A DNA stretch of 63,745 nucleotides, filler included, from Octopus bimaculoides (Eukaryota): assembly GCF_001194135.2 (NCBI RefSeq). It is 5 parts of 4 records of this genome, joined end to end, with 100 filler letters (N's around TTAATTAATTAA, not from the genome) between each part and the next. Parts side by side here need not be neighbours in the genome. Positions count along the whole stretch, not along the records: positions 31,801 to 47,811 come from NC_068981.1; positions 47,912 to 53,409 come from NC_068986.1; 3 more parts are not named here. One strand, 5' to 3'. The first letter of the stretch is position 1; each line of letters starts with the position of its first letter. Of this stretch, positions 39,475 through 50,329 are shown in pieces. The notes beneath the pieces are model-generated. The model saw only the letters and a list, made by a program, of their open reading frames with translations, was not told the DNA's origin and ran no database searches. A program made the translations under genes and the position numbers.

Positions 39475-39523
39475 GTCTTACAGCTGTTTCAGGGAAAATC
39501 TAATGTATCCCTTCATCAGAGAC
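39475..39523 (-). ncRNA. type I minimal hammerhead ribozyme motif
   Basis: Minus strand GUCU-CUGAUGA-AGGGA(uacauuagauu)UCCCU-GAAA-CAGCUG-UA/AGAC: canonical core, perfect stems I and II, perfect palindromic stem III. Confidence 0.8.
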
Positions 39524-40589
39524 AGAAATAGTAGAGGAATGGATTATTATACCTATAAGAGGAGAGTTATGTATATGTATGTATGTATATATAAAAGCAC
39601 TAATCCGGGACAGACAAAGAACAGGCTCTCTGCCAAAACTTGAGATCTACAAATATGTTGCTTGTTGAGCTCCATCTTTTTCTGTAATAGATTAGTGTGT
39701 ATTAAAATTCTCATTGTTAATTATAATTGATATATATTTCTTCCTAAACTGCAAAGTAATTTCAAACAGTACAATGATTCCTTGAGATTCTGATGACTGT
39801 CATTGTTCTGCTCCTATATGATAGTGTTGCCATTAAGTTTTTTAACTGGACTAAAGTCATTTTAACTCTGTATGTGCTAACTTCAGTACCAGCAGGGTTT
39901 TTTCTCTCCTCTTAATGCTTTGAATGTAGGAAAACTAAAATGTCTTAAAATGTTTGTCATTTCATAGATTCCATGTTCAATTTTTACCCGAGATCTAGCC
40001 TTTCCAATTGTAATGAAGGTCATAAAATAACATGTAATTAATATATTGTTGATGAGATCATTGTCTATACTCACATGTCTTTAAAAAAAGGGATCTTGTC
40101 TTTTTAAGAAATACAAATAAATTCGTAATTTGTAGTTTTCTTATTTATGTTTCACAACTTATCTCATTTATCTCTACAAAAACAAGCATACATGTGCATA
40201 CATTTTAAGGATGCAATTATTACAAAGTGTACGCAAATGGGAATTTATGAACTAAATATTCAAAGGCAAAAAAGCTCAGTCATTATTAGTTTTTTGCAAC
40301 ATGAAATGAGACTCTTATCAAAGCTTCAGTTTTGAATAAACTAATATATTATGGAATATTTGCAATAGACACTTTGAATAGTTTCTTCAAATATGGGATC
40401 AATTCTGAAGAATATTAGAGTAGTGAAGCAATAAATACTAGTTACAAATTAAATGAAAGTTTGCAGGATAGAATAGGAAATAAAATAACGAATGCCATAT
40501 TTACTCATCATTTTGTACAGATTGTTAAGAGGATATGAAAAGGTTTAAAAAAAACAAAAAACAAAACCAATATGATTCTTTCCTCACTT

Positions 40590-40604
40590 TTACCAGTCGT
40601 CAGT
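40590..40604 (-). CDS. candidate terminal exon, TDDW*
   Basis: cttcaatctaattctatttag|ACT GAC GAC TGG TAA; acceptor with a CTAAT branch-like motif; phase-compatible with 43296-43315. Very short, so uncertain. Confidence 0.4.
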   Translation of the reverse strand, partial: TDDW

Positions 40605-41874
40605 CTAAATAGAATTAGATTGAAGTGACTTCTCTCATTTAAAAAAAAAAATGTGTGCAATTTCTAAATATAATTATTATAACAATTGAATAAAAAGCAA
40701 GAAATATAGTTGTTTGGTTATTTATATGTCAATGTACTTTGTTTGTTAATTCTTTCTTCATATTTAGGTGCAGTATGGCCGTGTGAACATTGAGTTTACT
40801 TTGTTACTAGTCTTCAGTTTTATCTCATTATATAACATCTTGAGCTTGTGTCTTAGGATGACCAATGTCTTGCGAATGAAACTGGATAACAAGAAACTGT
40901 ATGGAAGTCCTTTGTATATGTATTTGCGTGTGTGAAAGCTTATATTTCTTGCTTCACATAAAAATTGTCAAGTTAAAAATATGTTCATGTTGACATACTC
41001 TGTCAATGAAATTGTCCTTTAGTTCTGCACTTTTGAAACCGTGGAAAATATGTTGGGATTATCAAAGCTGCTGTGCCTTGATCATAGCTCTTCATTTGGA
41101 CTGTACAACAGTTTTTGGCATATGAATTAGAAATTATTTCTGTGATAGTTTCAAGACTTGGTAGCATGTCATTTTATTTACACTACTAGTCTGACCTGTT
41201 TAAAACATTTTTTTTTTTTACTGATTTAGGATGTAGAACAGTGCTCATGACTTAATTTTCAGAACTTCCAGGATTAGTAGAGAAGAAAGTTGTTCTCAGA
41301 TTTGAAATCTAAGTCTTAAGATCTAGAATTTATAGAGACTTTGGGGCTTATAATTGCTGTGCACGTGCTGCAACGGTTCAAGCTGATAGCAAGCTTTATG
41401 CCAGAATGATTAATGTCAATTGCTGCAATGTTGTTTTTACTTTATTTGTGAAGGGTGAGAGACCACCAAGTAACATAGGAGAGCAAGCCCCTAGTAGATC
41501 GATTTATGTAGGGATGGGCCAAAAGTCACACACCAAGATTAAAATTTCTAAAATTAAAATAATGAATAATAATAATAATGCCTTCAAATTTTGGCACAAG
41601 AGCAGCAATTTAGGAGGAGGGATAGGTCAATTAGACTGACACCCCAGTGCTCAACAGATACTTATTGTGATTCACAAAATTCTAAAGTAAGGACACATTG
41701 AATTTTATCTTTTCCAAAGACAAAATGGTTACAATGGCATGCTTTTGATATATATATATATATATATGTATTCATTTTATCTGGTATACTCAAATTCTGA
41801 TATCCCAAACCATAACAGTATATCAGTAAGAAAATTTAATCACTCTACACAGTGTAACAGCTTAATTAACTTAG

Positions 41875-42064
41875 CCCTTTAGCATAAAGGTTACTCTTTC
41901 AAATGCAACGGTTATTTATTCACATTGTTTTGACTTAATCATACATCTGATAGTATATTTTTAGAATGATATTGTAGGTAGGTGTGAGAGGCAAATTTGG
42001 ACAATTTGAACATGAAACAGGTAGGATATTTTGGCCAGATATGGCTGGTTTAAATGCTAAAGGG
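41875..42064. mobile_element. piggyBac-type MITE (190 bp)
   Basis: TIRs ccctttagcat / atgctaaaggg; flanks TTAG and TTAA. Confidence 0.75.
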
Positions 42065-42514
42065 TTAATATAATTATGGTTAGTTTTCCTCATCAAATTC
42101 CATCTAGATGGTGAATTGAGCATGGGTTAGTGTGTAAACCAATGCCTTGCAGTAATTTGCTGTTTCTCTCTAAACTCTGACTTTGTACTTTTATTTTTAT
42201 CAATGAGAATTGAAGTCAATCAAGGACAGTGGATTGAAAAAGTAATTAGTGTCAGACAAGATGCCTGTCAATGTTTCTTCTGGTTCCTTGAGGTCTAAGA
42301 TTTTGAGCAGTAGACTTAATCCACAGCTTGGTTTTAAAACCACCACTGGACATTTAGTAGAGCTCAAGGTATCTAGTTTGAGGATAAATTCCTTTCACTA
42401 ATCTTAAAAGGACCTAAGAAAAAAATAAAGGGTCATGAACACTGCCCTTCCCTCCTTGATTAAGTAAAAAATCTTAAGAATAAATAAGGATTGTAGTCTT
42501 TGATCTAAAGACAA

Positions 42515-42665
42515 GTGCAGGCTGTGTGGTAAGAAGTTTGCTCCCCAACCTCATGGTTCTGAGTTCAGACCCACTGTATAGCACCAAAGTGAAAATGTCT
42601 TCTACTATAGCCCTGGGCCAACCAAAGCTTTGTGAGTGAATTTGGTAGGCAGAAACTGAAAGCCA
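42515..42665 (+). mobile_element. family A SINE head, followed by RTE 3' UTR pieces (42680-42960)
   Basis: gcaggctgtgtggtaagaagtttgc...gagttcagacccactg. Confidence 0.75.
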
Positions 42666-43295
42666 GTTATCAGCAGCAGCAGCATCAACCACATGTAACG
42701 TCCATTTTCCATGCTGGCATGGGTTGGATGGCTCGACAGGAACTAACAAGTCCAGGGGCCCACACTGTGTGTGTTACTGTCTTCTTGTCTTAATACTGCA
42801 TGGTAATCGTGAATAAGTGTCATCATCATGCAAGTGCTGTCCTTCATTTCTAATCCTCCAAGGACTTGACTGATCACAGGGAAATATTAATTTACTTAGA
42901 AACAGGTGAGGAAGGTCAACCAACTGTTGAAAATCCACAATAAATTCCATTCAACCCATGCAAGCATGGAAAAGTAGGCATTAAAATGATGATGGCAAAC
43001 CAAGATTGTTCAACAACACAACAACAATTTTCTTATAATTTTGTTTAATACTTAAAAGTCATATTATAAGGTTCATTTTAAAATAATTCTGCATAGAACA
43101 TTCCGGATTACAGATACACAATATAATAATCAAGATGAACAAATAACATGACTGAAATTACAGCAACTCTATTCTGATGTCCCTGAGTTCCTTATTCTCT
43201 TGAGTTCTTTATTCCTCTTAGTGTTCAAATGTTGTTAAGAATTCTTGGTAGGCAGTTTCTGACATCAACTCATTTGATTCACTTTTGTCACTCAC

Positions 43296-43315
43296 CTCAA
43301 TCTTCATCAACCACC
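43296..43315 (-). CDS. candidate 20-nt microexon (phase 1-0), xWLMKIE
   Basis: gttcttactccttttatgatttcag|GGTGGTTGATGAAGATTGAG|gtgagt: consensus-quality acceptor and donor; one open frame. Confidence 0.55.
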
Positions 43316-44519
43316 CTGAAATCATAAAAGGAGTAAGAACATTAAAAACAAATTTAGTATTTTCCCTACACTATCTTCATAATATATCACATCATATGAC
43401 TAAATCACAAAATGCACTGCTATTTTATGTTATGCTGAAGTTAACCTTGCTTCTAATCAATCCAAGGTCAATAAATTGAAGTACAAGTCAAGAATCAGGG
43501 AAATATAATTGTCCCTTCCCCACAAACTTCTGGCTTTGTGTCTTATGTAAGGAAATATTTCACCACTTTAGAGGTAATGAAATAGAAGAGGGCTGACTTT
43601 GCATTTCATCTTTTTCTTATGCATATAAATGAAGTCTTGGTAATCTTTTAATTTTTTTCTTTCTACATTTTTGTTCCCCAGCTAGTTCAGTCAACACATA
43701 ACTAAGGATACCCATCAGTATATGATTAAAAATTATGTGGAGGATTCCTGCAGAATTTAAAGTGAGAACAATGAAAGATATTTAGAACACCAGTAGATTT
43801 TTGTTTAACCTCAAGTAGCCTTGATCAGGCAAACTTCTGATCAGCTGTAACAATCTCATCTTTATCCTATGTGCAAGGAACCAAAGATCATATCAAATAT
43901 ATCCTTTTCCAAGACAATGAGATGTAATTTGAGAGAGATTTGACTGCTATTTTAAAGGGTCAAACAACCATGTGGAGACTTCTTCATTGAATCAGGAGTG
44001 TGTGCGTGCGCGCACAGTGGTGCTGGTGAGGAGGAAAGAGTTGAAGAAACCAATTTGAATAAGATCTTAAGTAGGTAACCTAGTTGAGTGTTGAAGGTTA
44101 TCTCTTTCAGAATATGAAGTGGATGAAAGATAACAAGAGAGAAAAATCAGACGGAATGTAGGAGAGGATTTGAGCAAGGTAACAAAAGCAGTTGTATACT
44201 AACTAATGCTGCCTTCACGAGTAAACTCTCTCTCTCTCTCCACACACACACAACAACTATATTCAGTTATGCCGACAGGGACACTGAGGTCTCCTTTGTC
44301 AAAGATGTAGTGTCATATAGTTGACAGATACAAATCCTTTCAACAACTAATGCCATTGAGAAAATGTATGAATTCTGTAACATCCCGTGCGTCTCTCCTT
44401 TATAAATTTTGTAAGGAAAATGCAAGCAGTATAATCAAATGAATTGTTGAAATATTGATAGTATTTATTTTATCAAACAACTGAAGAACAAACTAACAAG
44501 GAAGCCTCATCATGGTTAA

Positions 44520-44739
44520 CCCTTTCATTACCAGCCCGGCTGAAACCAGTTCTGGCTCTGAGTGCAAATGTCTTGTTTTCATAAGTTCTGAATTAAAATC
44601 TTCTACCAAACCTTAATCACAATTTATGTTCCTAACACTAGCTGAATGATAACTAAGTTATTTTACTAAATTCTTTGTTATATTTAAAGTAATTGAAAGA
44701 AACACAGAGCATCTCATAATAAATACAGTAATGAAAGGG
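44520..44739. mobile_element. piggyBac-type MITE (220 bp)
   Basis: Perfect TIRs ccctttcattac / gtaatgaaaggg with TTAA on both sides (44516-44519, 44740-44743). Confidence 0.85.
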
Positions 44740-45911
44740 TTAATCAATATGCTTCAAATAGCAACCAAATTTCCTTCAAGCCAAATCTTACCATCACAAA
44801 AAAAGGAAATAGAATCTTAGATGCATTGCCTGAAATTAAGAAGGGATAGCCATGACTGGAACATTTTGATTGTATGTCTGCTCAATCAGAACTGATCTGA
44901 GATTGAACAACATGAGAAGACTGAAACTCAAAATTTATCCAAAAGTAGGATTGCAGATTTTCTACATATCTCCCATCTTTTACTGTGGCCATGCTGGGGC
45001 ACTGCCTTGAAAGGTTTTAGTTGAACAAATCGAATCCAAGACTTATTTTTTAAACCTAGTACTTATATGAAACAAACTGTAAACAACATGAAATACAACA
45101 AATGAGTTGAATACACAATCAATGAGAGAAACAAATGGAAAACAGGACAATTAACATAAAGAACAACCCTTCATCAGCTGTCAGCTGCCTATCTACTCCT
45201 CATTTCAAGCACTGAATGACAATATGAGTCTTCGAAGGCAGTTGCTCCCACAAAAGCCAAAATAAAATTTGGGATTTGTGAAGGGTCAAAGTCAGTAACA
45301 AAAACAGGACAGTAGAGACATACAAGGAAACCCAACGAAAACAAACATGGAGGGTCGTTAGACCAGAACGAGAGGAAAATAGTGAATGTCGGGAGAAATA
45401 CTTTCTTTGACAAGAGAAAAGATAGAAGAGAGAGAAAGATAGATAGGATACGTTCAATCTCTAGGACAGCCCTGAAAGAAAAGAAAGATGATCATGTGAG
45501 GAAAAGAAAGATAGAAAACAGTGAAGGGGAAAAAAAAAAGGATGAGAGAGAAAATGATAGCGGAGAGAACAGTATAAGGTAGAGTCGCATCAAAAAGATT
45601 AAGACAAACTTACTTGGAAATGGATGCATGGTATTCAATCAAATAATAATATAAATANNNNNNNNNNNNNNNNNNNNNNNNNNNNNNNNNNNNNNNNNNN
45701 NNNNNNNNNNNNNNNNNNNNNNNNNNNNNNNNNNNNNNNNNNNNNNNNNNNNNNNNNNNNNNNNNNNNNNNNNNNNNNNNNNNNNNNNNNNNNNNNNNNN
45801 NNNNNNNNNNNGACAATTGTAAGCACCTGTGTATTCCAGCTAGTGGTTGCGGTGAAAGAATAAATTGTAAATCCAAAACAAAAAAATAACAACAAAACTA
45901 CAAAGGATTCC

Positions 45912-46010
45912 GCGGTACCCGTGTTTCAAGCTCTACATGTGTATAATATAATATAATATAACATAATATAATATGTGTATAATCTACAATGTAAAGCTAT
46001 CCTCAGCCGC
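45912..46010 (-). ncRNA. hammerhead motif in the left arm of the foldback
   Basis: GCGG-CUGAGGA-uAGCUUUACAU...AUGUAGAGCUu-GAAA-CACGGG-UA/CCGC; stem I perfect. Confidence 0.65.
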
Positions 46011-46364
46011 AAAATTCTCTCTCTCCCAGGAAATTATACCATCTCGACGTTGAAGTAGGAAGAAATGTGTGATGTAAGAGGTGAAGATCCTTTCGGTATT
46101 CTGTATAGTACTATATCTGGTATAATTCTCCACCCGGACATAATCTCTCCGGTCCTTCAAAAACCTTCCATACCTTGCGACGATTCAGTAATCGTGACAA
46201 GGTATGGAAGGTTTTCGGAGGACCGGAGAGATTATGTCCGGGTGGAGAATTATACCAGATATAGTACTATACAGAATACCGAAAGGATCTTCACCTCTTA
46301 CATCACACATTTCTTCCTACTTCAACGTCGAGATGGTATAATTTCCTGGGAGAGAGAGAATTTT

Positions 46365-46478
46365 GCGGCTGAGGATAGCTTTACATTGTAGATTATACAC
46401 ATATTATATTATGTTATATTATATTATGTTATATTATATTATATTATACACATGTAGAGCTTGAAACACGTGTACCGT
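46365..46478 (+). ncRNA. hammerhead motif in the right arm of the foldback
   Basis: GCGG-CUGAGGA-uAGCUUUACAU...AUGUAGAGCUu-GAAA-CACGUG-UA/CCGU; perfect palindromic stem III; U-U at the stem II base. Confidence 0.65.
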
Positions 46479-46555
46479 GGAATCCTTTGTAGTTTTGTTG
46501 TTATATTTTTGTTTTGGATTTACAATTTATATATATATACACACACACATATATA

Positions 46556-46719
46556 TGACAAGCTCCTTTCAGTTTCAGTCAACCAGATCTATGCACAAGG
46601 CTGTAGTTGGTCTCAGGCTATAGTAGAAGATACTTGCCCAAGATGCCACACAGTGGGAATGAACCCAGAATCATGTGGTTGGGAAGCAAGCTTCTTACCA
46701 CACAGCCATGCCTGCACCT
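46556..46719 (-). mobile_element. family A SINE head
   Basis: Reverse complement ggtgcaggcatggctgtgtggtaagaagcttgcttcccaaccacatg. Confidence 0.8.
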
Positions 46720-47635
46720 ATAAATATTCTTGCACAGCATCATACTGCAGAAACACATCGACAGTGTTGTACAAGTCAATAAATATAGTTCAGTGACTGA
46801 TAAAAGGTTCTGTAGCTTACAGATCATCTTTGTCCTCCTCTTCCACTGCCATCACCATTGTCGTTTTTACATCCACTTTTCTCATAATGGAACCAGTTGG
46901 ACAAGGCATATAAAGGCAGTATTCTATGGTCAAATAGTAACCCTGTCACTAATGTTTGTTTTTGAAGTCAAGTATTTTTTGCAAGCATGGATTTTTTCCT
47001 GTCTTATATAAATCAACTGAATTCAGAGGAATATCCCACCAGCAGAATTTTTACCTTTCTCCCAACAGTTATTGCTTTTGAGCCCCTCTTATTTTGGTAT
47101 ATCATAAAAACACATTCACAATACTCATATTTACAATACACTAACCAGTCAATAACTCATCATTTGATTCATCCTGTCTATTCCATCCATATAATCAAGG
47201 TGTGCCATTTTCATCTGGTTGCACACTAATATACAGTAGTACTCAGTACTTGCCACACAAATCTTCTAAACTCTAATCCTTCATTTTGTGGATTTGCCTG
47301 GTATATTATACTACTGAAAATGTATCAGCCCTTTATATCCCATCAATATCTTCAGTCAATAGTTGTCTCCCTGGTTTGTAATATATCTTATATTAGCCTT
47401 CAGTAAACTGAGGGGGTGGTCTCTAAGGTATCATAATTTTCTTACACATTTAATAGCGTATTGCTAGTGTCTCATATATACAAATACTGATATAATTTCA
47501 AAACCCTACTGGTTGCTAAAAGGGTCATCTATACTCCAGTGTTTGTAACCCTCACCACTTTCCCAATGTCCATAATATTTACAACTAAAATTGCCGTAAT
47601 TTCCCCAAGATATGTAGGGGACCGCTATATATACA

Positions 47636-47775
47636 TGCAGACACGGCTGTATGGTAAGAAGCTTGCTTTCCAACCACATAGTTCCAGGTTCAGTCCCACT
47701 GTATGACACTGATCAAATCCTTGTACTACAGCCTCGGAATGGATTTGGTGGATGGAAACTGAAAGAAGCCCGTTA
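47636..47775 (+). mobile_element. family A SINE head
   Basis: ggctgtatggtaagaagcttgc...gaaactgaaagaagcccg. Confidence 0.8.
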
Positions 47776-47777
47776 TA

Positions 47778-47811
<34 letters not shown>

Positions 47812-48437
47812 NNNNNNNNNNNNNNNNNNNNNNNNNNNNNNNNNNNNNNNNNNNNTTAATTAATTAANNNNNNNNNNNNNNNNNNNNNNNNNNNNNNNNN
47901 NNNNNNNNNNNTATATATATACATAGATATATACTTGCGTATATGAATATATGTATATGCAGAGACACATTAATGCATGCATTATAGTTTGTGCATGAGT
48001 TTGTGAATGCATGATTGTGTATGCGTAAGTGAATATGGAGGAAACAGAATGGGATAAAGAGGTGAAAATCGATAAAAAGAAAAGTGAAAGCATAACAACG
48101 CGAAGAATAACAAAGAAATGAAATATAAAAAAAAATAAAGGAAAATTGAGTTGATGAATCGTTATAATAAACACAATTACAAATCTAATTAATATAGACT
48201 GGTGTGTTTAGAGCTTATTGGCAATGACTGAAAAACTTCAAACAGAAATTTCAATCATTGAATGACAGAATTTGTAAATCTCTTTCGATTAAATGAGTAA
48301 TGAGAGAACGTTGTTGAATGAAACCTCTGCTGTTAAGTGTGCTGCGTGGTTAAGCAAAATGTAAAGTGAATTATATCGACCCTATTTTTTCACTGGAGCC
48401 CAGGAGCCTGAAAATTTAAATGTTCCTCATAGGACCT

Positions 48438-48454
48438 TAATAATAATAATAATG

Positions 48455-48531
<77 letters not shown>

Positions 48532-49523
48532 AAGAAGNNNNNNNNNNNNNNNNNNNNNNNNNNNNNNNNNNNNNNNNNNNNNNNNNNNNNNNNNNNNNNN
48601 NNNNNNNNNNNNNNNNNNNNNNNNNNNNNNNNNNNNNNNNNNNNNNNNNNNNNNNNNNNNNNNNNNNNNNNNNNNNNNNNNNNNNNNNNNNNNNNNNNNN
48701 NNNNNNNNNNNNNNNNNNNNNNNNNNNNNNNNNNNNNNNNNNNNNNNNNNNNNNNNNNNNNNNNNNNNNNNNNNNNNNNNNNNNNNNNNNNNNNNNNNNN
48801 NNNNNNNNNNNNNNNNNNNNNNNNNNNNNNNNNNNNNNNNNNNNNNNNNNNNNNNNNNNNNNNNNNNNNNNNNNNNNNNNNNNNNNNNNNNNNNNNNNNN
48901 NNNNNNNNNNNNNNNNNNNNNNNNNNNNNNNNNNNNNNNNNNNNNNNNNNNNNNNNNNNNNNNNNNNNNNNNNNNNNNNNNNNNNNNNNNNNNNNNNNNN
49001 NNNNNNNNNNNNNNNNNNNNNNNNNNNNNNNNNNNNNNNNNNNNNNNNNNNNNNNNNNNNNNNNNNNNNNNNNNNNNNNNNNNNNNNNNNNNNNNNNNNN
49101 NNNNNNNNNNNNNNNNNNNNNNNNNNNNNNNNNNNNNNNNNNNNNNNNNNNNNNNNNNNNNNNNNNNNNNNNNNNNNNNNNNNNNNNNNNNNNNNNNNNN
49201 NNNNNNNNNNNNNNNNNNNNNNNNNNNNNNNNNNNNNNNNNNNNNNNNNNNNNNNNNNNNNNNNNNNNNNNNNNNNNNNNNNNNNNNNNNNNNNNNNNNN
49301 NNNNNNNNNNNNNNNNNNNNNNNNNNNNNNNNNNNNNNNNNNNNNNNNNNNNNNNNNNNNNNNNNNNNNNNNNNNNNNNNNNNNNNNNNNNNNNNNNNNN
49401 NNNNNNNNNNNNNNNNNNNNNNNNNNNNNNNNNNNNNNNNNNNNNNNNNNNNNNNNNNNNNNNNNNNNNNNNNNNNNNNNNNNNNNNNNNNNNNNNNNNN
49501 NNNNNNNNNNNNNNNNNNNTAAC

Positions 49524-49561
<38 letters not shown>

Positions 49562-49591
49562 CGACGACGACGACGACGATGATGATGGTGG

Positions 49592-49664
<73 letters not shown>

Positions 49665-49680
49665 AATAATGATAATAATG

Positions 49681-49718
<38 letters not shown>
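48438..49718. repeat. (TAA)n/(GAT)n trinucleotide arrays flanking an N gap
   Basis: Direct inspection. Further (TAA)n at 50194-50247 and (TAT)n at 52687-52870. Confidence 0.9.
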
Positions 49719-49719
<1 letters not shown>

Positions 49720-49860
49720 GACCAGAAAAAAAATTATAAGAGACGGCATGACACATTAACAGTGATTGACCATTGCACGCTTTGCAACAAGTATGAACTT
49801 GAAAGAGTAAAAAGTTGGTACGGACATAAACCCGAAGGCATCATTGAAAGGCATCATTGA
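49720..49860 (+). mobile_element. R4/Dong-like LINE fragment starting directly at (AAT)n
   Basis: DQKKNYKRRHDTLTVIDHCTLCNKYELERVKSWYGHKPEGIIE matches the zinc-knuckle/RHD region also seen at 51480-51610. Confidence 0.75.
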
Positions 49861-49953
49861 ACTCAGCAGAAATATAATAGATAGAGAGATGAGTTCTCAA
49901 TCGTGTACAAAAGTAAATAATTCATCTCTCTATCTATTATATTTCTGCTGAGT
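49861..49953. repeat. 35-bp-arm hairpin
   Basis: actcagcagaaatataatagatagagagatgagtt ... aattcatctctctatctattatatttctgctgagt (1 mismatch). Confidence 0.9.
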
Positions 49954-50193
49954 TATTTCAGTCCTTTATATAAACTAAAGAAATGAATTAGACTGACATC
50001 TATTCTGAACCTGTGGAAGGCAGGCGAGATGCCGAAGTCTTGTTCAAAGCATTAATAAATAAGTTACTTTCAAGTTGCGCTTTTTGTCATTAAGTTGGCC
50101 TTGGTGATGGATTACGTCAGCTATGTTTACCTTAGTGATGGATTGATGGATTGTGTCAATCGTATACAAAAGTAAAGAACTCATCTCTCTATC

Positions 50194-50246
<53 letters not shown>

Positions 50247-50329
50247 TAGTTGCTGCTGGTGCAACCACTGCTACTACTACACATAAAAACAATAATACCA
50301 GTGATATCAGTGCTAATAATAATAATAAC

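Larger units (their letters stand above)
45861..46529. repeat. 669-bp near-perfect foldback (arms about 325-340 bp, 4-nt loop at 46186-46189)
   Basis: Arm-to-arm reverse complementarity from taaattgtaa to ttacaattta, with only a few mismatches and a 15-nt microsatellite indel. Confidence 0.95.

Noticed and set aside
39883-40074. 63-aa minus-strand ORF in the CpG-poor domain
   Set aside because: No convincing splice sites or motif; its ATG overlaps a GTGAGT-like sequence by chance.
44111-44178. Exon-like segment (tctctttcag|...CAAG|gtaaca)
   Set aside because: Stops in all three frames.
46065-46391. 108-aa ORF MCDVRGEDPFG...
   Set aside because: Spans the centre of the palindrome, has no recognisable motif, and is a by-product of the foldback.
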